From assembly GCA_951406725.2 (NCBI GenBank), contig OX597818.1:76074001-76138000 (forward strand): a stretch of 64,000 nt of DNA. Reading direction: 5' to 3'. Positions 25,806-39,245 of this stretch are shown here, piece after piece (position 1 is the first letter of the stretch; each line of letters begins with the position of its first letter). The stretch is from Octopus vulgaris (taxonomy: Eukaryota). The notes below the pieces were generated by a model, which saw only the letters and a list, made by a program, of their open reading frames with translations, was not told the DNA's origin and ran no database searches. A program made the translations under genes and the position numbers.

Positions 25806-26189
25806 AAAATTGGAATCCTAGACTTGTTGATCCGTGGGTCCACTGGTCTAGGAACCTTATTCTGATCTATAGACTCTGAAGCTTACTGCCAATAAACAAA
25901 TCCTATGTGGTTCAGTGTATTGATATGTCCGGGAGCCTATAATGCTGCTAAGATGGCCCTGGTATATGTGTGCGTGCGTATGCATGTAACTGTAACGATA
26001 CATAGTTAACAAATTCATTGGAACAATTCCTGCGATGAGCAAATCGTCAAACTTCAGGAATACACGCCAGACATGTTCACTGATATCTTGGCTGCGTTGT
26101 TGAGTAAAGGTTGAATAACTGTAGTCGCATGTAAGACGGATTCGGCTGTTGACTGAAACCAACGTAAACAGTCACGCTAGCCCTTTTTC

Positions 26190-26520
26190 ACAGGGAAGGC
26201 AAGCAATTTTTTTTTACCGTCTGGCTAAGGAGGCTGTGTAGCGGACGCTCTTGAAAGGAGTGAACACAGACACTTATCTCTTCGGCCAAGCAATCATCAA
26301 GTAAAGGTGGGGAGGGAGGGAAGCCTTCTAGTAAGCTTCTTAAAAGGTGAGTGACCGTAGCAAACATGGCCTGAACGAATGGGTCTAAACTCTGCATGCG
26401 CCTATAGAGAGGGATGAACAGCTGGGAAAGGACACTTACTCTTGCAGTACTGTGTAGGAGTTTCTTAACTGGCTCTAAGTAGTGATCCATCTTTCTACAG
26501 ACTTCACCATATATTCGTAT
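26190..26520 (-). pseudogene. Possible decayed LINE ORF2 C-terminal remnant (Jockey/I/CR1 group)
   Basis: KLLHS..RVSVLSQLF...HSLLSQTVK..CLP loosely resembles L.HRR.V..L.LF...SFF.RT...WN.LP. Confidence 0.35.
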
Positions 26521-26749
26521 AATTTATAAATACCGTATATATGATGGAATATTCTGTCGAAGACGACGTATGAGTGTTCAGTTTTTGCTGAATGTTTTGT
26601 ACAAACGATTTGTTTTTAGTGATCAAATGTATATGCTGTACCCTAGCTCACACACCGTCCATTAAATCGACGTTGCCTGAATATGTATATATATACTTGT
26701 CCGACCGTCCCATAGCCCCATCCTTTGAGGAACACTGATTTAACCTAAA

Positions 26750-27003
26750 TTTGAGACACCAGCAAAAGAAGAAATAAAGATAGACTTTTTTCTATTCCAA
26801 GAAAAACGATTTTACAAATGCACGTTCCCACGGTTTTATCGATCGCATTCTCACCTGGAATCTATTTTTGCAATTTTTTTATGGCTTATACACGCCTTGA
26901 TACCGTCGGTACCTATAAATCAAATTTGAGCGCAATCGGATGGAGGATGCCAGATCCTAGAAGACACACACACAAACAGACAGAACGGATTTTATATAAT
27001 AGA
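26750..27003 (-). mobile_element. Helitron 5'-end remnant
   Basis: Plus strand caaatttgagcgcaatcgg...acagacaga...ttttatataataga|t has the same architecture as the ends at 3977 and 1746. Confidence 0.6.
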
Positions 27004-27452
27004 TATATGGAATTTTTTTAATTCAGTTTTTCATTCAGCTACAAATACACATGCCCAAACACATACATATCCACGCATATAAATATTTCAAACAATACAG
27101 GAGTACAATTTACTGTAGTCACATCTGTTAACTCCTTAGAATCTCCAGATAACCACACTGTATGCACTACCTTAACAGTGGTCCTCATTACTGAAGATTC
27201 AACTGATAAAAATGCAGTAAAATGCAATCCTGAAATGAAAAATCAAGCTTAATTTCATATTTTATATTTAGAGAAATATTCTTGGAATATCGAGTCGAGC
27301 CCTTTGTAACTGTGGTGTGTACTTCGGTACAATAACTACTGTATGTATGTATGTATGTATGTATGTATGTATGTATGTATGTATATAAAAGGGCAGAAGA
27401 ACTTTTAAGAGTCAACGGCCATCCAATTATTATATTATATGTACATATGTAT

Positions 27453-27667
27453 AAGGTGGCGAGCTGGCAGAAACGTTAGCACGCCGGGCAAAATACTTAG
27501 CGGTATTTCGTCTGTCTTTATGTTCTGAGTTCAAATTCCGCCGAGGTCGACTTCGCCTTTCATCCTTTCGGGATCGATAAATTAAGTACCAGTTGCGTAT
27601 TGGGGTCAATCTAATCGACTAGCCCTCTCCCCACAAATTTCGGGCCTTATGCTTAGAGTAGAAAAAG
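27453..27667 (+). mobile_element. Family A SINE
   Basis: Near-consensus sequence; short TSD atatgtata. Confidence 0.9.
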
Positions 27668-27899
27668 ATATGTATATAGTTGTATATGTGGATGTCCGTG
27701 CTTGGTGTGGTGAACTGTGTGTGTGTGTGTGAGCATATTCATATATATTTATTTATCTTGAATTTATGTGTACATTGCGTGTACGTGTTTTTTTCTCTTT
27801 CATTTTTGAGGGAACTGATATTCTATATATATTTGTATTTTTATTTCTTTTCTTTTATTTGATTTGTGTGGGTATTTATGGATGAAGTTAAAGGGGTAG

Positions 27900-30490
27900 A
27901 TGGAGCTCCTAGGTTTAATAAAGCCGTGGGGAAGGCAATATGTCTAGGAGAAGGTAACTCTGAATTCAAATCCTTCACTGCTGTCTTGCAGTTAGCCTTT
28001 GGTTGGGCAAAGACTGGGAGAAGGACACTGATATAAAACCATAGAGAGGTTAAACTCCGGTATAATAAAACATGCGACTTCTATAATCACTCAGTCATTT
28101 TGCCTTGGTTTGTCACTGGATAGCAGAGATTTGGGGAAAGCGTGGGTGCTATACGTATCGTCCAAGCGTGTAGCATTGATATTTAAATGTACAGATATCT
28201 CTTCAAGTCCCACGGCGATGGAATAGTGGCGACATGTGCAGACTTAAAGCGCTGGGAGCACATCGTCACGAATCTGCACGTGGGAGGTTTAGGGCCCATC
28301 TAACGTCATTGCCTTGTTGAATGAACAGCATCATGATCGGCGAGGTCGAGAGCATCTGAGCAACCCTCTCTAGGGTAGCACTACTCACCCAGAAATCTGG
28401 GGAAGGTCTAGAAAAGGTGATCCAAACATGTACCTGTTCTACACTCAAGCTGGTCAACAACCTGCAGCTGATGGCTGTTCATTACAACAGGAGGAATACA
28501 AAGAGAAAACATGCAAGCAAGAATTATAGATTATGGGTAGGTGTATGGAATGTCAGGACACTTCTTGATCATGTAGGATCAAATAACCCTGAATAGCGAA
28601 CTGGCATAATAGCCAATGAGTTTGCTCGGTATAACATCAACATTGCTGCACTCTCTGAAACTCGGTTGGGTGATGAAGATCAATTGGCAGAAATAGGTGC
28701 TGGATACACTTTCTTTTGGAAGGGTAAACCAAAGGGTGAAAAACGAGTAGGGGGTGTTAGCTTTGCAATTCGTACCAAGATAACCCACAAAATAGAACAA
28801 CTTAATGGTTTCAGTGATAGGATTATGTATCTTCGAGCTCCTCTATCATGCAATCGTTTTAAGACTGTTATTTCTGCTTATGCTTCTACTCTTCGTAGCA
28901 GCAGTGAATATATTATGGATTTCTATGAAGATCTCAGATCGGTTATGATTTTGATTCCAAATGCAGATAAAATCCTCCTTCTTGACGATTTCAATACCCG
29001 TGTTGGATGCGATTCTGAAACCTGGGATACACTAGGGAGACACGGTTTGCGCAAAATGAACGCTAATGGTTTCCGTCTTCTTCAATTCTGCACTGAACTT
29101 TATCTCATCATCTGCAACACTGTTTTTCATTAGAAGGATATCCATAAAGCTACCTGGACGCACCCAAGATCCAAACATAGGCATATTCTTGATTACCCGA
29201 TGTCTGCACTCTCCGAATCATGCGAGGTGCAGAATGTGGGATTGACTATATGCCCATAGGCAGTAAACTGAAACTCCACATCATGCGTAGAATTAGATCT
29301 GGAGCAATAAAAGTCCCTAAACGTATTGATGTGTTGAAATTAAGGGACTCTAAGGTGCAGATGAATATTAGAATTGCTATTGGAGAAGCGGAATTGATCT
29401 ACAAATCAATAAACTTTTTGAAGAAAAAAATAAGTTGCGCCAAATATACCTCGGTGTCCCAGATGAAGATAAAGAACCCTTATTACAGTCTCTCAAAAGG
29501 ATCAAATCACTCCAATGAAAGATAAAAAACAAATATTGGACGGATATTTCTGAAAAAATCCAGAAAGTGTATAACAGTAAAGACCTTAAAACAGTATATT
29601 ACTTGATCGGACAAGTGTTTGGTCTTCGGTCTTCATTTGTAGGACCACTCAAGTCTAAAGACAGCTGATTTCTCTTCAAGGATCATGAGGGTATCCTGAA
29701 ACGTTGAGCTGAGTACTTCACTGATCTCTTTTATAATCCTTCAGTTATTGATGAAAATGTCATCAGTAATCTGCCCCCAAAAGGATATCATTCATGAGAT
29801 GATGGTACATCCAACTATAGATGAAATCAAAAAGAATCAAAGAATTAAATACATGCTTAGTATCTATGAACCTTGCATTTTAACGATCTTCTTGTACTCT
29901 TCTGAGACCTGGACGACATATCGGTGCCTCATCAAGGCTTTAGAAAGATTCCATCAGACTTGCTTAAGGAGGACACTAGACATCAAATGGAAGTCTTTAA
30001 CACCAGACACCGTTGTTCTTCAGCAAACTAACATATCCAGTTTTGAAATGATCCTCATACGCAATCAGATGCGTTGAGTTGGGCACCTTGCTAGGATGCA
30101 GGATGACAGGTTGCTAAAGCATTTGTTTTACGGGGAGTTGCAGCGTGGCAAACGTTCGAGACATAAACCCGAGAAACGTTTCAGGGCTCTTAATGTGAAA
30201 GTTGAAGACTGGGAGCAGATGACGCAAGATCAACCGGTTTGGAAACAAATGATCTACAATAGATGTAAAGCATTTGAAGCTCGAAGAATTGAACAATCTA
30301 TCTTGAAAGGAGCACTTCGTAGACAGGACTTAACTACAATCCCGGACACTTCTCTGCTTTAAAATATTTGAAAGATCTGCAGTAGAGTTTGTTTGTCAAG
30401 AGCAGGACTTGCTAGTCATATAAGATCTCATGACAGTATTTATTAATTGAAGAGATGGCCTTCTTCTGTAAAGAAGTGACAATCATCATT
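27900..30490 (+). mobile_element. RTE-clade LINE with 5' UTR, AP-endonuclease and C-terminus; RT core deleted
   Basis: WNVRTL...IAALSETRL....LAEIGAGYTFFWKG...GVSFAIR...DFNTRVG...TWTHPRSKH. PTIDEIKK is joined directly to LYSSETWTTY...LERFHQTCLRR...LFYGELQRGKR, then ICSRVCLSRAGLASHIRSH and a (TATG)n tract. 5' boundary approximate. Confidence 0.9.
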
Positions 30491-30667
30491 TATGTATGTA
30501 TGTCATTATTCAGTTTTATTTCAAGAATTCTTCCGAATAGAGAAAGAGCCAGTTAGTAACCTAGGTCAACAGTTCCTTCACTGAAATTTCATGTATGTAT
30601 GTATGTATGTATGTATGTATGTATGTATGTATGTATGTATGTATGTATGTATGTATGTATGTATGTA

Positions 30668-31010
30668 TTATCTTTTATGTTTTACTTGTTTCAGTCATTA
30701 GACTGCGGCCATGTTGGGGTACCACCTTGAAGGATTTTAGTTGAATGAATCGATCCCAGTAAGCCTGGAACTTATTCCATCGTTTTTTTTTTGTCGAACT
30801 CCTAATTTACAGGGACACAAAAACACTCAAACTGGTTGTCAAGTGGTGGTCACACACACACGCACACAGTTTCCGCCTATCAGATCCACTCACAAAGGCT
30901 TTGGTCGGCCCGGGGTTAAAGTAGAAGACACCTGTCCAAGGTGCTACGCAATGGGACTGAACCCGGAACCATGTAGCTGGAAAGCAAACTTCTTACCCCA
31001 CAGTCATGCA
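30668..31010 (-). mobile_element. Family B SINE
   Basis: Reverse complement of the family B tail, short (CA)n and head. Confidence 0.85.
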
Positions 31011-31317
31011 TTTGTAAGAGTGTGTGCGTATGTGATTGTGGTAAGGCCATTTATGTATGATAGGCAAACTGCCTTATGTCACACCACAACGTCCAGCTCT
31101 ACACCTGTCTCTTGTATTAAAACTATAGCTTTGCTGTTCAAGTAAACTACCAAGCTCCGTTACTAACACACTCCATTACTCTGTGTCTCCTTTTGTGAGT
31201 AGTCAACTTTTTATTGAACCTTTTGTTATTTATTCTGAGTACCAAAACTTCTTTTTACAATCTTTTTTTTTTGTCTTGAGAATTGTTTCTTTCTGGTTCT
31301 CTATCCTCTGCCAGACT

Positions 31318-31370
31318 TCACTACCATCCTCACCACCATCTTCACTACTGTCGCAATCACCACCACCACC

Positions 31371-31402
<32 letters not shown>

Positions 31403-31730
31403 CAACAACAGCGGCAGCAGCAGCAGCAACAACAGTATACCATTACCACCGTACCACTTCCACCGCCACTGGCGCCACCTTCCGTCACCACCACTGCCAC
31501 CACAACCCAATCACACCCACGACCACTGCCACCACCACCACCACCACCACCACCACCACCACCACCACCACCACCACCACCAACAACAACAACAACCACA
31601 ACAACAACAACAACAACAACAACACAACAACAACAACAACAACAACAACAACCACCACCACCACCACTATCATCGCCTCCACAACCGCCGTCACTGTCAC
31701 CACCGCCACAACTGCCCCCCCCCACCAAAC
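31318..31730. repeat. (CAC)n/(CAA)n/(CAG)n compound trinucleotide tract
   Basis: Directly visible. Confidence 0.95.
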
Positions 31731-32605
31731 ATCTAGTTCTGCCTTTGGCATTTACAAGATTTCATTTGTTTCTCACTGGGATCCAACCAGTCTGTGGAAT
31801 TGACACATACTGTGAGTGACGTAGTAGAGGAGTGGGACAGTGTCACGGTGGATGGGGTTGTGGAGAAGAGGAGCAGTAATGACTATCTGCATATGTGTGA
31901 GTGTATGTGTGCATGCGTGTATGTGTGTGTGGATGCATGTGCTTGTGTATGCCTGTGTGTGTGATTGTATTTTTATGTATCTATATTTTATTTCATATTG
32001 ACATCTCAATATACAGCAACACACACATATATAAATACATGTATGTACACACACACACACACACACACACACATGCATATATGTGTATATATACATATAT
32101 ATATAGACACATATACATAGCATATATACACTATGTATTTTCGGCAGGCTCGATTTGGCGCAGTAGAGATTGCTCTTTCAAAGCGCCGGGTGTTAAAAGA
32201 CCTGAAAGTCATGAATAGGCGAAACAACTCACCAAATTTCATTCAAGAGTGATGGACATAGATGTTTCACCATTTTTGTAGCTTACCAACATCACGGAGG
32301 TGAATAGATCACCAGTCCACGAATTAGTGTAAAAACTATATGCTTTTATACCCGGACAATGACACTCACTGCTGTCTCACCCATCCATGACTTTCACGTG
32401 TTTTTACACTCGATACTCTGAGAGTAGTTTCTACCACGCCATACACAGTCTACTGGCAAACACACGGCGTTTATAAGTTAAGCATGCGTAGTCGATAATG
32501 TTTATACATATGCATATACATAACATACATTATAAATATATATATATATATATGTGTGTATATGATATATATATATATATATATGCATTTGTATCATTTA
32601 TATAT

Positions 32606-32979
32606 GGAGTGGCTGTGGTGCGTAGCTTGCTTACGAACTACATGGTCCCGGGTTCAGTCTCACTGCGTGGCACCTTGGGCAAGTGTCTTCTACTATAGCC
32701 TCGGGCCAACCAAAGCCATGTGAGTGGATCTGGTAGACGGAAACTGAAAGGAGCCCGTCGTATATATGTATATGTATGTGAGTGTATATGTTTCTGTGTT
32801 TGTCCCTCCAACATCGCTTGACAACTGATGCTGGTGTGTAAAAGAGGTTCGGTAAAAGAGACCGATAGAATAAGCACTAGGCTTACAAAGAATAAATCCT
32901 GGGGTCGATGTGCTCGACTAAAGGCGGTGCTCCAGCATGGCCGCAGTCAAATGGCTGAAACAAGTAAAAGAGTAAAAGA
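32606..32979 (+). mobile_element. Family B SINE
   Basis: GGAGTGGCTGTGG...GGGTTCAGTC...CACCTTGGGCAAGTG...tail (AGTAAAAG)n. Confidence 0.9.
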
Positions 32980-34241
32980 ATATATATGTATATCATATAA
33001 ACACTATATATACATATACATGTATATGTGTGTGTATGTGTATATATATGTGTATATATATATATGTGTGTGTGTATATAATAGATAAATAGATAGATAC
33101 AGATAGTTCGTTGATTTACAAAATACCTTTACACTTTACACTTTATATATGTACGTTTTTTGTTCATACATAATCGCGTGATGCATCTGGACACATAAGT
33201 AATGCCTACAGGGAGTATTAGGTGTTTCGAGTCATTCAACAATCAGGCACTAAACAGGGTTGATCAGGCTCTAGCTTGCATTCAAGTAAAATGGCCACAG
33301 ATAGCATTGCCCTGTCCAGGGCTAACACCAACTGATCCACAGTCACTTTGAGATAAATTCTCATGCCCTCATTGCCAACGAGATGGCTCCTCTGATATTA
33401 GGCGTGTTGTAGACTCTGTAGAGGGACTGTCCAGTGGAAGGATCCAGCCTCTCAAAGGCTGTAGTGTAGAGAGTTATCTTTCAATGTCATCGCAAAACTA
33501 TACGAGTACGATAACCAATGATTTTTTTGGGAAGGTATACGCTACATATGCATCGTGCAAGTGCAGGTATAGGGAAATTTCCACCTCCTTATGCTGCTTC
33601 ATCTTGAGACTTTGCAGTCATCGAAAGGACTTCCCCAACATCAAATGGAATATCATTGACAGCCCTCAATCCATATTTTAGGTTTATACACCTACAAATC
33701 AATTGTAAAAGTATATATCATCCCCAGACCTCTCTGTTCTCATAATCCCACATGATGTATTCCTTTTGCTTTTGTAATGGAACTACGCCGCTGCAGTCGT
33801 CATTCGCAATCGAGTTTGATTTGATAGCATGAACCGCATTCTTGCAAATCGTTTCATGTGATTACGTTGTCGTGAGTGGACACAAACACTCTCTTGGCCC
33901 TCTTACATTTCACTCAGTGGAATATTGAAGATGTCGTAGGTAGAGGGAGTGCTGCACCAGCACTCGGAATACATTTACAGATGAGTATATGGCAGTAACT
34001 TGAAGTGCCTTCCTCAAGGACGTAACTAACCAACCTATCACGACTTCACGATCCTGGGTTCGATCCCTGCCTCTGACGACAAGGCCGAACACAATAATCA
34101 TTACACTAACTTCATTTAAAAAAAATATATTCTCACATTGTTTTGGTGTCCGTTTATTATTTTTCTTCTTATTTCTCATTTTTTCTTTTGTATGTTTTCT
34201 TCTCATGGATGAAATTTTTATTCATTCACTTATTTTAAAGA

Positions 34242-34370
34242 CACATGGCCTAGTGATTGGGGCGGTAGACGAAAGAGTCTGGTTTCGATTCCTGCACCGG
34301 GCGGTGCGTTGTATTCTTGAGTAAAACACTTCATTCCATATTGCTCCAGTCTTCTCTGCTGTAAATTAGT
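34242..34370 (+). mobile_element. tRNA-derived SINE, family C (partial); related pieces at about 38040-38115 (-) and 56872-57080 (+)
   Basis: A-box TGGCCTAGTG, B-box GTTTCGATTCC, then gttgtattcttgagtaaaacacttca...gctccagtc. Confidence 0.55.
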
Positions 34371-34699
34371 TCCAGTAACAGCTGAGAAGTTTACCCTGCG
34401 TCAGACTGGCATACCTTTCAGAGAGTAGTATTTTCAGTAATTCCTCGCCAAATCGCGGTTTATTACTTAAGATTACGTCGATTCCTCCGTGCTGTTGTTT
34501 TGCATTTATGATAAAAGAAATATACGCAACTGTTTCCACTTCGCAGTTTTTCACTTACCGCGGGGGTTTTTGGAACGTAACACCCGCGACAGTCGAGGGA
34601 TTACTGTACATCTCAGTCGCTTATACCTCATGAAAAGTGGGTTAAGCTCCGGCATTGCGAGTCCTAATGGTCATCACAAACGAAGTACGTATTTTATTT

Positions 34700-35087
34700 A
34701 CATCTTTTACTTGTTTCAGTCATTAGACTGCAGACATGATGGGGCACCACCATAAATAATTTTAGTCGAATGAATCGACCCCAGTACTTAATATGGTTAA
34801 ACCTGTTACTTATTCTATCGTCTCTTATGCCAAACCGATGACTTACGGGGACGTAAACACACCAACACTCGTTGTCAGGTGGTGGGGGAACAGACACAAA
34901 AACACCATACACATATATTTACATACAACAGGTTTCTTTCACTTTCCGAGTACCAGAGCCACTCACAAGGCTTTGGTTGGTCCAAGGCTATAAGTAGAAG
35001 ACATTTGCTCAAGGTTCCACATACAGTGGGACTGAACCCGGAATTATGTGGTTGACAAGCAAGCTTCTTACCTCACAGCCACGCCTG
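34700..35087 (-). mobile_element. Family B SINE
   Basis: Full-length reverse complement copy. Confidence 0.88.
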
Positions 35088-35407
35088 TATACATTTTTTT
35101 ATATATCATATTAACTTTTTATGCATTTCCTCATTTCCTTATTTGTTTTCAAAATTACACTTTTATTTAATTGTTGCATATTGATTTTTTTAAAAATATG
35201 GTTATTCGTATTTTAATTTTTAAGAATTTATAATTAAGTATTTACAATTTATAATTAAGCTTTTGCGCATTCAATATGCATTTCTGATGTTTATAAAAAT
35301 GTTATTACTGTTTATAATGAAAACCTTGAAAGTTTCGCCATTACTAACAGTTAATCAAATTTAAATTACCCAATAATCATTTTCTACATTTCTTATTTAT
35401 TTGTTGA

Positions 35408-35485
<78 letters not shown>

Positions 35486-35654
35486 ATTTTTACAAGAAAA
35501 GCAGTGATAGTAACTTCGAGGTTTTGGCCAGCAAGTCCAGTGGAGTACCCGAAGTTCCCTTACCAATCTTGAGAAATATTAAATATGTTCTCTACCAAAA
35601 GTATTGAGTAATTTTTCGGTTTAATGAAAAATTGTTTTGATTATAACTCGACAT

Positions 35655-35712
<58 letters not shown>

Positions 35713-35902
35713 GGCGAACTGGCAGAATCGTTGCGGTGCCGACAAAATTGCGTAACGGTATTCTTCCGACTTTACCCTTTGCCTTTCATCCTTCCAGAGT
35801 CGATAAAATTAGTTGCAGTTGAGCACTGGAGTCGATATAATCGATTTTCTCACTCCCACAAAATTGCTTGTGCCAAAATTTGAAACATACATACACACAC
35901 AC

Positions 35903-37057
35903 ATCGGTGTGGAGTATTTTGATCCCATTGGTGAAGAAGCTGTCATCTTGTTAGTTAAAAAAGTGACCAATAGCAGATATGAAGTCATCATCACTGCGGT
36001 ACTGGTTCCCAGCCAAGTGTCTGTTCATGATGGGGAGCAAATGATAGTCAGATGGGGCAAAACCAGGAGAATATGGAGAGTTATCAACCATTTCAAAGCC
36101 ACAGTCATCCACAGTAGCCATTGAAATCAAAGACTTGTGTGCTGGAGCATTGTCCTAATGAAACAAGACCTGTTCCGTCAGTTTTCCTAGACGTTTGGTC
36201 TTGATATCCTTTCGTAACTGCAACAGCAAGTTGGCATAGTGCTTTCCATTGATGGTGTGACCCTTTTGAAGATAGTCAATAGACACAATGCTTTTTGCAT
36301 CCCAAAGTCCTGACGCCATTACCTTCTCTTCAAATGACAACAATCCTGGCGTTCTTTGGAGCAGGTGAGAAGGGGTGTTTCTACTGCATGGATTGTCACT
36401 TTGTTTCTGGTTCAAAATGATGTATCCAACCCTCATCCTGGGTTAGGAAACATTTAAGGAAACCAGCTGGATCTACCTCAAACAACGTAAGATTTTCTCG
36501 TGGTGTGATCAGCCTGGAGCGCTTTTGATCAGGTATCAGAAGACGTGGCACTCACCGAACAGAAACGTTCGTCATGTTAAGTTCATTGTGCAGAATATTC
36601 TCAACTCTCTTATGGGATAGGCTTATAGCCTTGGCTATTTGATTTATAGTCAGTCGCCTGTCATCCATCATCTTATGGTGAACATGATCAATGTTTCCTC
36701 GATGGTGGCAGTTGCATGACGCCAGAGCTTAAGTCATCTTCAAGACTCTCCTTTTTCCTCTTAAATTCAGCTGCCCACTTTTGCACTGTTGACAAAGCTG
36801 GAGCATCATCCCCTAATGTTGCAACCATATCAGTATGAATTCCCTTCGGGGTTAAACCCTTTTCTGCTGGGACTTGATATCACACGATGCCAAATTCTTT
36901 CTATTTTCGAGAGAAGTCGCCCTAGTTACACCTGAAGTCTTTTTGACAGGTTAGATGTCAGTTTACCTGGGAAGAACCAATGCAGTTATTAACAAGATTT
37001 CACAGTTCTTGCATCACTCCTTCATAGTCAGCCTATAAACTTTTCAGCCCTCCCACG
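35903..37057 (-). mobile_element. mariner (DD34D) transposon, decayed and 3'-truncated
   Basis: TA|CGTGGGAGGGCTGAAAAGTT TIR; DEGWIHHFEPETK*QSMQ...WDAKSIVSIDYLQKGHTING..YANLL..LR...LFH*DNAPAH...PYSPGFAPSDYHL. Confidence 0.9.
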
Positions 37058-39132
37058 TATATATATATATATATATATATAATAGATAGATAGATAGACA
37101 GACATATGACCGGACTCACCAAGAAGCAAGAGTTGTACATGTGCTACAGTAGGGCCTGCATTTTAAGCAGCTCGTATGAGATGCCTGCAAGCTATTTCAG
37201 TGATTCCGTACATTCTCTACTACTATACAACAATATTGATTTGAACTTTTATCAATGACTGAGCGTTTAAGGTTGACAGAATACCCAAAATATATTTTCG
37301 AGATCAAATACTCCGTAAATTACACTAATTACAATGATTAAATTTAGTGACAACGGTATATGAATTAACTTAATTTTTGTAGGATCGACTGAACGAATCA
37401 GATCACTATTAATATATTAGAGATGCTGTAATTTTAGTTATCTCATTAAACCAAATCGCAATTTTTAAACAGGTAAGTAATAATTTAATTTGTACTGTTT
37501 CAGCTTTAACATTACGCTGTTCAGCAAGACTGTGACAAAGTACGTGCTTAAGATATGGTCAAAGTTTCAACGTTACATCACAAAGATCCAAACATCAAAA
37601 ATGTCGTTGCGTGTATGTGTCTACTACGCTTTGAACTTGATCTTTAATAATAATTTGAAACCAGTTGACATCTGAGATTTTCCGGAACAACGTTTGTGTG
37701 TTTGCTGAGTGTGCTTGCGCGCGCGCGCATTAAAATTCAAATGATTTATATTGATATTTCTTTCGCTTGAATGATGCTTTCATTTTATTACATTTATCCT
37801 AAACTCTGTCTGTCTCTGACTTTTGTAATTTGTAGAAATGTTATGAGAAACGTTTTATATTTATTTCGTAGAATTTATGTGAGAAATTCTTTCATCCTTT
37901 TCTTTTCTTTTCCTAAATTCATATAGTGTGTTATATATTTTACCAGTACTGAAAATCATTTATCCTTTATGCATATCACTTATTTCTTTTTGTAGATGAT
38001 TTCTTTGTCATGAATGTTATTTTTTCTAAAAAAGAATTTCCTTGCTTAAGGTACAGGAATTGAACTCGCAACCTCATGATCGTGAGTCAATCACCTTAAT
38101 CACGAGGCCACACACCTTCATACATGAAACACACATATATCGATTAAAAGAGTGAGTACATTAATAAAATATGATAGTATGCTCTTATAATGGCTGAATT
38201 AACAAATTTGTTTCACATCAGTAGTTGAGAAAATTCCAGAAATCGTCAGCAAAGGTTGAAGGAAATGGTATGGTAAAGGCTCTTTGCCACTGGGGGTTTG
38301 TAAGTGTTACTTCCGTTTTGCTGGTCTTACAAATTTTCTAAACATTCCCCGGATCTTACAATGCTGGGCTATCGTCTTGGAGTGTTTAGTTCAGTTGATG
38401 AAATCTACACCACTACATAATTCGAGCCTGTTAATTATTCTATTGATCACGCTTTGCCAAACAGCTAGGTTACGGGGAAATAAGCAAAGCAGTACCAGTT
38501 GTCAAACGGTGTGAGACAAATACAAACACAAAGATGCATATATGTGTGCATATATGCACATAAACATATGTCTGTATATATGGATATACACATGTATACA
38601 TATCTGCATGAATATATATATGCACACACACACACACCCACACACAGTTCATAAATGAGATCCAGATATTCTCCTTTTTATATGCATACATATGTACATT
38701 TTTTTGTATTTCATATATTTAATATACTTTATATATCTTGATCAGTCTAAATTGCTTATCCCTACATTTATATATATATATATATATATATGTAAGTAAC
38801 AAGAAGTAATCTGTATATCTTACTTAACGTGGACATATTAAAAGAAAGCCATACTACTGCAATATTAGTCTTGATGATATTTTAGCACAATTGATGTATA
38901 ATTCTAAAAGAAAACACACACACAGAAATAACAGGAGGCGACGAAAATGTATACCAGCGACGATGGAATCGGTAGATCACATGATTTCTGTGCATTTGTA
39001 CGTCATTAGTTACTAGTATCCACTATCACCACATACTTAGATAAATTTTCCCTCAACTGATATACAGAAAAGCTATTATTAATCAGTCATTGGTGTCGTA
39101 ATTAACAGGCAGGCTGGATGACGAATAGTTTT

Positions 39133-39245
39133 TGCCCTCATATTCTGTGCAGTTTCTGCCCTCAAATTCTGCGCAGTTTCTGCCCTCAAATTCTGCGCAG
39201 TTTCTGCCATCGAATTCTGCGCACTTTCTGCCCTCAAATTCGCTC
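39133..39245. repeat. 24-bp minisatellite (TGCCCTCAAATTCTGCGCAGTTTC, about 4.5 copies) at the edge of a decayed family B SINE
   Basis: Units are directly visible; the last one continues into SINE B sequence. Confidence 0.9.

Noticed and set aside
31183-31819. Poly-T/Q/P/N ORFs of 178-206 aa
   Set aside because: (CAC)n/(CAA)n repeats lack stops by composition.
33130-33720. Possible decayed LINE RT on the minus strand
   Set aside because: Only faint hints (DIPFDVGEV); diagnostic motifs not recoverable by eye.
39133-39245. CRISPR-like regular repeats
   Set aside because: Units are contiguous with no unique spacers, there are no cas genes, and the context is eukaryotic.
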